A DNA stretch of 64,000 bases, taken from positions 1 through 64,000 of the IMG/VR virus record IMGVR_UViG_3300032316_000329; one strand, 5' to 3'. The position numbers were made by a program, and so were the translations under genes. The stretch comes from a virus. This document shows positions 27,440 to 34,773 of this stretch, piece after piece (position 1 is the first letter of the stretch; each line of letters starts with the position of its first letter). The notes under the pieces were generated by a model. It saw only the letters and a program-made list of their open reading frames with translations. It was not told where the DNA came from and made no database searches.

Positions 27440-27637
27440 ATGAAAGCAGTAAAGTCAAATCTCAATGCAAACAATAATAATAAACTAATGTGGGAAGATG
27501 AAGAACTGGTAGACTACCGTGATCCTCGTTTGAATGGTAAGAAGATTGAACGCAAACGACCGGTTCAAAACTGGAAGAAGGCTTGGTCCGAACATTTAGA
27601 GGACTTTGACGAAGTGGATGATTTCTTCGGAAAGTAA
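27440..27637 (+). CDS. Hypothetical protein
   Basis: SD AAGGTGG; contiguous ORF. Confidence 0.6.
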   Translation: MKAVKSNLNANNNNKLMWEDEELVDYRDPRLNGKKIERKRPVQNWKKAWSEHLEDFDEVDDFFGK

Positions 27638-27718
27638 TTGTAAACAAAATAATGCTTGACATTCCTTTTCCCGAGTGTATAATGGTTGATACTGAAACCT
27701 TGGGAAAAGGAATAGATC

Positions 27719-28372
27719 ATGTCCTATTTAAGGAATGACAAGGCCTATTTAAAATACTCTCCAATACATACTTTAGATATGGATGAATTGGAGAAAGTTT
27801 TAATCAATTCTTATAAAGAATGGAAAAAGGCATATAAATCCCGACATAAGTATGATCCTGCTAATTTTATTCCTATGCGTAATCTTTCGGGTGGTATTGG
27901 TGAAGCATTTGCGGAAATGCTGGCAGATGTAACCGATGGATTAAGGATAAATCCTCATCCTGATGGATATCCCGATGTTCTCCCTAATACTAAAGAAGCA
28001 AAAAACTGGATTGATACACCTACCTTAGAGAATTTCAAACAAGGTGGATTTGATATCAAGGCCAAGTATATTGGTGAGGGTAGTAAAATTGATGTGAATG
28101 CCTCGGCACATCACACACAAACAACTTCCGTTTTAAATGTTATATGGAAGTGGAAAAACAGTGTTCCTTTCATTATTGGTATTGCTTATACCGATAAATT
28201 GACTGAACAAGACTGGCCAAATCCTTCAAAAGGTAAAGCAGGTTCTAAAACCACACCATCATGTTCTATCAACAAAACAGGTAAAATAAAGTTAAGAAAA
28301 AACTGGTTGTTTATAGACGAGGAATCCGTTAATATACATGGTCTAAATAATCCTAAGGATTGGAATATATGA
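27719..28372 (+). CDS. Putative restriction-endonuclease-fold protein
   Basis: GEAFAE...GYPDVL...FDIKAK (PD-D/ExK); own promoter TTGACA-16-TATAAT at 27656. Confidence 0.55.
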   Translation: MSYLRNDKAYLKYSPIHTLDMDELEKVLINSYKEWKKAYKSRHKYDPANFIPMRNLSGGIGEAFAEMLADVTDGLRINPHPDGYPDVLPNTKEAKNWIDTPTLENFKQGGFDIKAKYIGEGSKIDVNASAHHTQTTSVLNVIWKWKNSVPFIIGIAYTDKLTEQDWPNPSKGKAGSKTTPSCSINKTGKIKLRKNWLFIDEESVNIHGLNNPKDWNI

Positions 28373-28914
28373 GATTTAGAGAACGAGCTGAAAGAGATTT
28401 CTATAGAACACCTGTTCCTGCCGTTAAACTGGCGCAGGACTTAATGGACCTAAATTTGCGTTGGTGGGAGCCTTGTGCGGGTGATGGTGCCATTAGTAAC
28501 AATCTATCAGGTATTACTTATGCTTCTGACATATATCCTATGATAAATGATATTGATACTCTTGATATGTTAACCTGTGATAAGCCTTCCAATATTGATG
28601 CTGTTGTTACAAATCCACCTTTCTTTGCTCAATATGAGTTGTTGAATCGGTGCTTAAATGAGTGGAAAATACCAGCATTATTATTGATTAGAATTGAACC
28701 ACTATCCACCCAGAAACGAAACGCATATACCAAACATCTACAAAAACTTCATATTGTTAGTAGTCTAATCAAATTTGAAACTGAAGATGGTAGAATTGTT
28801 AATGGCAATGGCACAATAAGATGTGGTTGGTGTCTCTTTACACCAGAAAAAGTTCAATATACGGAAACTAGATGGGTGACATTTCAAAAGAATGTAAACA
28901 CCCTGCCAATGTAA
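28369..28914 (+). CDS. DNA amino-methyltransferase (N6A-type)
   Basis: DFYRTP, WEPCAGDGAI, VVTNPPF. Confidence 0.8.
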   Translation: MRFRERAERDFYRTPVPAVKLAQDLMDLNLRWWEPCAGDGAISNNLSGITYASDIYPMINDIDTLDMLTCDKPSNIDAVVTNPPFFAQYELLNRCLNEWKIPALLLIRIEPLSTQKRNAYTKHLQKLHIVSSLIKFETEDGRIVNGNGTIRCGWCLFTPEKVQYTETRWVTFQKNVNTLPM

Positions 28915-28929
28915 ACAACTGATCTTGGG

Positions 28930-28996
28930 TGCGACATCCTGTCACACCCTTTCGCTGCCAGTTTACATTGACAATGCCGTTTCTTTATGCTATTCT
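28930..28996 (+). promoter_or_regulatory. Early promoter cassette 1 (palindrome + sigma70)
   Basis: TGCGACA-TCC-TGTCACA, 21 nt, TTGACA-17-TATTCT. Confidence 0.75.
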
Positions 28997-29023
28997 TAGG
29001 CATAATTAGAAAGGTATGTAAAC

Positions 29024-29203
29024 ATGAACTTGCTTATTCTCAAAGATGAAAATAAAATTGTAAAAATCCTTGCCGCTTCTACTGATATTAATGATATCCA
29101 CGAAGCCTTCCATTATGCACAAAACACCATCCTTGCCGATAACATGGATTATATAACAGCAATTGATCTCCTTAAATGCTATAAATCTAATGTAAACAAC
29201 TGA
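29024..29203 (+). CDS. 59-aa early protein MNLLILKDENK...
   Basis: SD GAAAGG; downstream of promoter 1. Confidence 0.6.
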   Translation: MNLLILKDENKIVKILAASTDINDIHEAFHYAQNTILADNMDYITAIDLLKCYKSNVNN

Positions 29204-29210
29204 TCCTTGG

Positions 29211-29277
29211 TGCGACAATCTGTCGCATCTGTTGACAAACGATTTCTCTTGCCTCTACCGTTTCCTTGTGTTAGGAT
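29211..29277 (+). promoter_or_regulatory. Early promoter cassette 2
   Basis: TGCGACA-ATC-TGTCGCA, 21 nt, TTGCCT-17-TAGGAT. Confidence 0.75.
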
Positions 29278-29283
29278 TACCGT

Positions 29284-29610
29284 ATGATAAAAACTCAAAA
29301 ACGGAAATCTCGCTCTGATCGTAAACATCTTATATACTCTTTGTCTGTAAACGGTCAAGAATATATCGGCATAACCTATGTTGAAAGGTCGGCCGTTAAT
29401 AAGTCCTTAACAAGAAGGTGGCAGAAACATGTCCGACGGGCCCTCAAAGAAAACAAAGACTGGAACCTATGCGTTGCTATACGCAAATATGGTCCTGACG
29501 CCTTTGACATTAGCGTATTGGATGTGGTTCGCGGAAAGTCCGCTGCTCACATTATTGAACGGGAATTAATTCGTAATCGTAAACCTAAACTTAATACGGA
29601 TGTAAGATAA
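29284..29610 (+). CDS. GIY-YIG-like protein (leaderless)
   Basis: HLIYSL...EYIGIT..RWQKH..AIRKYG..ERELI..LN. Confidence 0.7.
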   Translation: MIKTQKRKSRSDRKHLIYSLSVNGQEYIGITYVERSAVNKSLTRRWQKHVRRALKENKDWNLCVAIRKYGPDAFDISVLDVVRGKSAAHIIERELIRNRKPKLNTDVR

Positions 29611-29828
29611 TGAACCATCGTTTTGCTAAGAAGAACCTTGAACTCCGCATTGACACGGTTGATGCCTTGCTTTCATACTTTGAAAATGGCGGTGCTATCA
29701 CCGTTTGCAAGGCAGGTCGCCGTAGCAAGGCGAATACCTCGTTTCCTAAAGTGGTAGGTAGCGTTGCTCATAAGGGTGCTAAATCAAATAGTCTTAAAAA
29801 TGCTGGTTTTGCGAAAGGACGTGGATAA
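29610..29828 (+). CDS. Small basic early protein
   Basis: YFENGGAITVCK motif; TAATG coupling. Confidence 0.65.
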   Translation: MNHRFAKKNLELRIDTVDALLSYFENGGAITVCKAGRRSKANTSFPKVVGSVAHKGAKSNSLKNAGFAKGRG

Positions 29829-30743
29829 TGGTTGAACTAATCGTTTTTATTGTATCACTCGCCGTTCCTATCTCTCTGGCGATTATCGCAATAACATCAA
29901 GTGAGGATTAATATGTTTGCTTTAGTTTATTCAGAAGGATTTGGTGGTGATAATATTGTTATGGAAACAAGTCGCTCTTGGAATAAATTATATAAAGAAC
30001 TTGAACGACTTATAAACAAGGAAGATTATCCTTGTTGGGCCATGCAGATTGTCAATTTAGATGAAATGGAAATCGACTATGATAATTATTCTTGGAAAGG
30101 ACTGAAATTCTAATGTATAAAGATGATGAACAGATGGTACAATGCTTTGCGTTGTTTATGACCTTTGTTGGTCTGGCATTTGGTGTAGGTCTAATCGCTT
30201 ATTTTGGAGGTTAATATGGAAAAAGCAGAATATCACATTAAGAAGGCTCGCAATATACTGGATGTATATCTAGTTCTTTCTGGCGTCCTCTTAGGTCTTA
30301 CTTTGTATCCTTTTATTCGAGGTTAATATGGTTGTCTTTTATTCAGAAACGTCAATTTATGGTGAACGTCGAATTGATGCTATTACCTGGTTATACAATA
30401 CTATTCTACCAGTTGATATCTCATATTGGGCTGTTCCTGGAACTCTGGAGGATTAATATGAAGCAAGTAATCGTATCGGGTTCTTTCCGTTATGTCGCAA
30501 AACGTATTGAGGAACTTGATGCTCAAGGTTATAAAATTGTCCGATATAAACAATGGTCCGATGGTAAGTGGACTTATGTGATGGAGAAATAAAATGGCTA
30601 AGGTGAAAATTTTTAATCTGTCAATTTGGTTCAAGACCCATGATATTACATTCCGTGGTATTTCACGAACTGCGGCCTGTAGGTATATTGACCTTTATTC
30701 TAAGAAAGAAAATTATATGTCTTGGAGTATGGAGGAAAGATGA
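29828..30743 (+). other. Array of seven micro-genes (29828-29911, 29913-30113, 30113-30214, 30216-30326, 30328-30456, 30458-30592, 30594-30743)
   Basis: Abutting ORFs of 27-66 aa, most with an SD; four junctions read GAGG(A)TTAATATG. Confidence 0.65.
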
Positions 30744-30871
30744 AACGAAAGGTAAATCCTATTGCTAAGGCACTCCGCAATCCTATTTGTAAACAGCAGA
30801 TTGTCAACAGCAAGAAAGTTTACAAACGGAAACTGCGACATCCTGTCGCACTTGTTGACATACGATTATGA
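30740..30871 (+). CDS. 43-aa ArfA-like basic peptide
   Basis: SD GGAGG; MKRKVNPIAKALRNPICKQQIVNSKKVYKRKLRHPVALVDIRL. Confidence 0.5.
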   Translation: MKRKVNPIAKALRNPICKQQIVNSKKVYKRKLRHPVALVDIRL

Positions 30872-30900
30872 TTGCCTTTACCTTTGTGTTGTGTTATCCT
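30834..30900 (+). promoter_or_regulatory. Early promoter cassette 3
   Basis: TGCGACA-TCC-TGTCGCA, 21 nt, TTGCCT-17-TATCCT. Confidence 0.75.
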
Positions 30901-30929
30901 TAGACATAATCAGAAAGGATAGTAAACAG

Positions 30930-31163
30930 ATGAAACTTGTACCTCTTGCTTCAAACCAAACCGAGTTGGAATTGAATGATGGCACCGTTGTCTTTTTCTC
31001 ATACAAGACTCCAGTTGCCGCATTTATTCCCGGTCTTGGTTATTACCGCACCGAGCACAAATGGTCAGTAACGACCTCGAAACATATTAACAAATGGATT
31101 CGCGGTCAAAATTGTAATACCATCAGCCAAGATTATCTTAATAACCTCGTAGGAGTAGCATAA
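30930..31163 (+). CDS. Conserved small phage early protein
   Basis: SD GAAAGGA; VFFSYKTPVAA...WSVTTSKHINKW. Confidence 0.75.
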   Translation: MKLVPLASNQTELELNDGTVVFFSYKTPVAAFIPGLGYYRTEHKWSVTTSKHINKWIRGQNCNTISQDYLNNLVGVA

Positions 31164-31360
31164 TGTCCAGAATGTCCGATCTTGCTCTTGAAGTAGATGA
31201 GTTGGTGGTTCAGGCTATCGAGTCTGGCGCCCAGACGGAACGCCAAGTCCAAACGTATGTAAACGACCGTCTGGCGTTGACAATTGATATAGGTCAAATC
31301 AATCGCATCATAGGAGATTTCTATAGAGACGATTATTATAGTCAACACCATAACCAGTAG
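31163..31360 (+). CDS. Hypothetical protein
   Basis: SD AGGAG; TAATG coupling. Confidence 0.65.
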   Translation: MSRMSDLALEVDELVVQAIESGAQTERQVQTYVNDRLALTIDIGQINRIIGDFYRDDYYSQHHNQ

Positions 31361-31361
31361 G

Positions 31362-31427
31362 TGCGACAACGTGTCGCATCTGTTTACAAACGATTTCGCT
31401 TGCCTTATCCGTCCTTTGTGTTATAAT
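31362..31427 (+). promoter_or_regulatory. Early promoter cassette 4
   Basis: TGCGACA-ACG-TGTCGCA, 21 nt, TTGCCT-16-TATAAT with extended TG. Confidence 0.75.
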
Positions 31428-31459
31428 ATCCGTATTAAATGATGAAAAAGGAGTTAAAT

Positions 31460-32026
31460 ATGCCTAGAGTGTCCGCTTCCAATGGTGTCCGTCCTGAGAT
31501 CCGCGCCCTTGCGGTTCTTGTAATGGGTAAGACTGTTACGCCTGCCGAAATTAATGCCCATGTCGGTACTGGTGACTATGCTGCCAAGTATGTCTCGTTC
31601 CTTAATACTCGGTATGGTTTCACTATTACTGCCAACAAAGATGGCCGCAAGGTTGTCTCCTATACTATGATTGCTGAGCCTGCTAATGCTGCCGACCTTC
31701 GTGGTGCTACTCCTAAGGCACCTAAGGCCAAGGCTGTTAAGGCGCCTAAGGTTAAGACAAACATTGCTCAACCTACTTTTGTTCCTAAGGTTGCTGCCTC
31801 AACGGCAGAGATTGCCGATATCAAGGCAAAGAACCTTGAGACAATGAAAAAGGTTGCTGCTAAGTTTAAACCTACTAAGGCAACTAAGAAGGTTAGTAAG
31901 AAAAAGACCCGTGAGTTTGATGATGTTACTGAACAGTTCGGTACATCTGGTGAGGTTGGTACCTCATTCTCGGTTGAACGTGACTGGGATTCCATCGATG
32001 GTCTGGATCTTCAGAAATTGCTCTAA
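31460..32026 (+). CDS. Probable DNA-binding protein (winged-helix-like N-terminus, Lys/Ala/Pro-rich tail)
   Basis: SD AAGGAG; KAPKAKAVKAPK repeats; high-expression codon usage. Confidence 0.55.
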   Translation: MPRVSASNGVRPEIRALAVLVMGKTVTPAEINAHVGTGDYAAKYVSFLNTRYGFTITANKDGRKVVSYTMIAEPANAADLRGATPKAPKAKAVKAPKVKTNIAQPTFVPKVAASTAEIADIKAKNLETMKKVAAKFKPTKATKKVSKKKTREFDDVTEQFGTSGEVGTSFSVERDWDSIDGLDLQKLL

Positions 32027-32042
32027 TATCAGGAGTGCTAAC

Positions 32043-32390
32043 ATGGCCTATATGAAGTTCCGTTATAAGACTACACGTAATCCCAGTAACTCTGGTGTTT
32101 ATCCGTGTCCGTCAGAGGCAGAATATATTGGCCATGTTTTACGTTTTTCATGGTTGTCCGAGAATGAATTTGGTTTAACTACAGGTGATATAGATGCTCC
32201 AGTCCGCATACTTGATAAACGAAACATTATTAAAGCATGGATCGACCGGTCAAATCGTGGCGATAATGTTAAAATCGTTGATAAAAAATATGTTGTAACT
32301 GCTGGTCAATTCAATCGTTATTCGTGTACCTGTACCGCATATAAATGGCGTAAGAAATGTTCTCATACTGATGAGGTGAAACATGCCTGA
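32043..32390 (+). CDS. SWIM Zn-finger protein
   Basis: YSCTCTAYKWRKKCSH; SD AGGAG before 32043. Confidence 0.75.
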   Translation: MAYMKFRYKTTRNPSNSGVYPCPSEAEYIGHVLRFSWLSENEFGLTTGDIDAPVRILDKRNIIKAWIDRSNRGDNVKIVDKKYVVTAGQFNRYSCTCTAYKWRKKCSHTDEVKHA

Positions 32391-32568
32391 GTTTCTGTCT
32401 AAAGATCCTGCGAAGGCATTAGTTGAGGTTAAAGAAAAGTTGTATGAACGGATTGATATACTCCGTTCTTGTATTAGTCCTGATGGTCCTATTGATCGTC
32501 TAGACCACCACTTTAATAATGAGGTAGAGTTTCTTACCGATATATTGGACTTAATCGAGAGGTCATAA
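32383..32568 (+). CDS. Hypothetical protein
   Basis: SD GAGGTG. Confidence 0.6.
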   Translation: MPEFLSKDPAKALVEVKEKLYERIDILRSCISPDGPIDRLDHHFNNEVEFLTDILDLIERS

Positions 32569-32894
32569 TGGGTCCCAATCAGGCAGCAAGATTACTTATT
32601 ATGTCGGCCTATTTGTATTATCGATGTGATACAAATGTTATTGATGATGGTGAATATGATAAACTATCTTTATATGTTGCTAAGAACTGGGATAAACTGG
32701 ATAGCCAATTACAATGGCAGTTGGTGGACGCCGATGCTATTCGTGCTACTGGTAGTGGTATACTTATTACACAGATGGGCGTAGGTGCTGCCCTTGCCTG
32801 GTATAAAAAGAAGAAGAACAAAAACCTTAAAGGGTATAAAATGGATTGGATAGGTCCTCATCCTGAATTTAACTGTTTATATGCGGTGATATAA
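32568..32894 (+). CDS. Protein resembling NAD-ligase N-terminal (Ia) helical domain
   Basis: AYLYYRCDTNVIDDGEYD resembles YY..D.P.isD.EYD. Confidence 0.55.
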   Translation: MGPNQAARLLIMSAYLYYRCDTNVIDDGEYDKLSLYVAKNWDKLDSQLQWQLVDADAIRATGSGILITQMGVGAALAWYKKKKNKNLKGYKMDWIGPHPEFNCLYAVI

Positions 32895-32895
32895 T

Positions 32896-33438
32896 ATGAA
32901 TATGTTTTATCTTTCTACTCGTCCTCATGAATGTGCGGAATGGTCCGTCAATTCTCATTGTGTTAAGATGATCCTTGAGAGTGCCCAACTACTATCAACC
33001 GCACATCGGTTGCTCGACGGTGTAGAGTATACCGACAAGACAAAGACAGGTCGCAATATAAAGCGTTGGCGCCTGGAAGACTGGCGTGAGAATAAACTTT
33101 ATTCTGCTACGCATATTAATCATCCTTGTGCTGTGTGGTGCCGTGAGAACTCTGCTAACTATCGCTGGTTACATGACCTTACAATAGAGTATTGCCGCGA
33201 ATATACCTATCGTTATGGCAAAACGCATAAGATTGAAGAGACAGGTCTATTATCGGACCTATCGATGTCGCCACATAATATAAAAAGATCCACTTTAACA
33301 ACACCTCCAAGTGCCATGGATCCTAAATATATCATATCAAAAGATCCGATAATCAACTATCGGAACTATTACAAGGTCGGTAAGACGCACCTACATAAGT
33401 GGAAGAACCGTCAGCCGCCAGCATGGATTATGGAGTGA
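32896..33438 (+). CDS. Pyrimidine-dimer glycosylase (DenV-related) family protein
   Basis: MNMFYL, HCVKMILESAQLLSTAH, THINHPCAVW, EYTYRYGKTH, YRNYY. Confidence 0.75.
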   Translation: MNMFYLSTRPHECAEWSVNSHCVKMILESAQLLSTAHRLLDGVEYTDKTKTGRNIKRWRLEDWRENKLYSATHINHPCAVWCRENSANYRWLHDLTIEYCREYTYRYGKTHKIEETGLLSDLSMSPHNIKRSTLTTPPSAMDPKYIISKDPIINYRNYYKVGKTHLHKWKNRQPPAWIME

Positions 33439-33441
33439 TAA

Positions 33442-33636
33442 ATGCCAACATATTCGTTTCGTGATAAGAATACAGGTAATGAGTTTGATGCTTTCGTTTC
33501 TATTGCTGAAATAGAAAGATTTTTAGAGGACAATCCTCACCTTGAAAAATTAATTTCAGCACCATGCTTTCTAGGTGCTAATATGAATGGCGGTATTGGT
33601 AATAATAAACCATATGACCCAAAAGGTAAATCGTGA
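33442..33636 (+). CDS. FmdB-like regulator, copy 1
   Basis: MPTYSFRDKNTG..FLEDNPHLE. Confidence 0.65.
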   Translation: MPTYSFRDKNTGNEFDAFVSIAEIERFLEDNPHLEKLISAPCFLGANMNGGIGNNKPYDPKGKS

Positions 33637-33899
33637 TGGCTAATTATACATTTAAAGATAAGAATACCAGTGAAGAGACAACCGTTTGGTTGTCTTTCTC
33701 CGAACATGACACATACCTTAATGACAAACCACATCTAGAACAAGTTATTAAATCTGCTACCGTTGTCGATCCCGTTAATATCGGTGTCACACAACCACCA
33801 ACTGATTTCCAAAAGCACGTATTGGGCCGTATTAAGTCGGCAGTACCACAGGCAGATGCCGTTGGTAGTAAGCGATGGCATATTCCTAAGGAGATTTAA
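33636..33899 (+). CDS. FmdB-like regulator, copy 2
   Basis: MANYTFKDKNTS..YLNDKPHLEQV. Confidence 0.65.
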   Translation: MANYTFKDKNTSEETTVWLSFSEHDTYLNDKPHLEQVIKSATVVDPVNIGVTQPPTDFQKHVLGRIKSAVPQADAVGSKRWHIPKEI

Positions 33900-33932
33900 A
33901 CGCTGTCTACCGACACACCTAGAAAAAAGTTT

Positions 33933-33969
33933 AGAGGTCGCTCCCGTAAAAAGGAGTCGACCTCTTTTT
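33933..33969 (+). terminator. Intrinsic terminator upstream of phoH
   Basis: AGAGGTCG-CTCC...GGAG-T-CGACCTCT followed by T run. Confidence 0.7.
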
Positions 33970-34010
33970 GTTATGACGATGCGAATAACAATAAAAATAA
34001 AGGTAAGTAT

Positions 34011-34727
34011 ATGTCAAGAAAGAGTAGAAGAAATAATAACCAATCGCATGAGAACCAAAATCACGCTGAAAAAAATCATTTTGAATTGCGTCATATTAAA
34101 CCACTTACAGTAAACCAAGAGAGAGTGTTTGACGCTTATTATGCTGGCCAAAATCTCATGCTACATGGTTATGCCGGTACCGGTAAAACTTTTCTATCAT
34201 CATATCTAGCAATAAAGGACGTTTTAACACAGGACATATATAAGAAGGTCGTTATCATCCGCTCCGTAGTTCCATCCAGAGACATGGGTTTTCTACCAGG
34301 AACCGAGAAACAAAAAGCGGAAGTATATGAACAACCTTACCAGGAAATTTGTGATGATTTATTTGGTCGTGGTGATGGATATAAAATATTGAAGTTAAAG
34401 GGCCTCGTTGAGTTTACTACCACTTCCTTCTTGCGTGGTACTACATTTAACGATAGTATTATCATTGTTGACGAGTGCAATAATATGTCATTCCAAGAGA
34501 TTGATACAGTTATGACCAGAATTGGCACTAACTCCCGTATCATCTTTTGTGGTGATTATCGCCAGTCTGATTTGGTTAAACCACATGATAAGACAGGTAT
34601 TAGAGAGTTGATGGCCGTTACTCGCCGTATGCCATCATTTGACCATGTTGAATTTAATATTGAGGACATCGTTAGAAGCGGTGTTGTGAAAGAATACATT
34701 ATTCAAAAAACCGAAATGGGACTATAA
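34011..34727 (+). CDS. phoH: PhoH-family ATPase
   Basis: GYAGTGKT, MGFLPG, FLRGTTF, IVDECNN, CGDYRQSD, DIVRSG. Confidence 0.95.
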   Translation: MSRKSRRNNNQSHENQNHAEKNHFELRHIKPLTVNQERVFDAYYAGQNLMLHGYAGTGKTFLSSYLAIKDVLTQDIYKKVVIIRSVVPSRDMGFLPGTEKQKAEVYEQPYQEICDDLFGRGDGYKILKLKGLVEFTTTSFLRGTTFNDSIIIVDECNNMSFQEIDTVMTRIGTNSRIIFCGDYRQSDLVKPHDKTGIRELMAVTRRMPSFDHVEFNIEDIVRSGVVKEYIIQKTEMGL

Positions 34728-34773
34728 CAGTTTACATGTTTCATAAATAGAATATAAACCCATCGGAGGTCCA

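Noticed and set aside
30332-30929. Track starts at 30332 and 30762
   Set aside because: SD-led starts at 30458 and 30930 fit better, and the upstream space holds other micro-ORFs and a promoter
28900-31430. Repeated palindromes as a CRISPR array or terminators
   Set aside because: Irregular spacing of 280-1600 nt with genes between; no U-tracts; fixed geometry to promoters explains them better
33900-34010. Pho box upstream of phoH
   Set aside because: No CTGTCAT direct repeat seen; only a terminator hairpin
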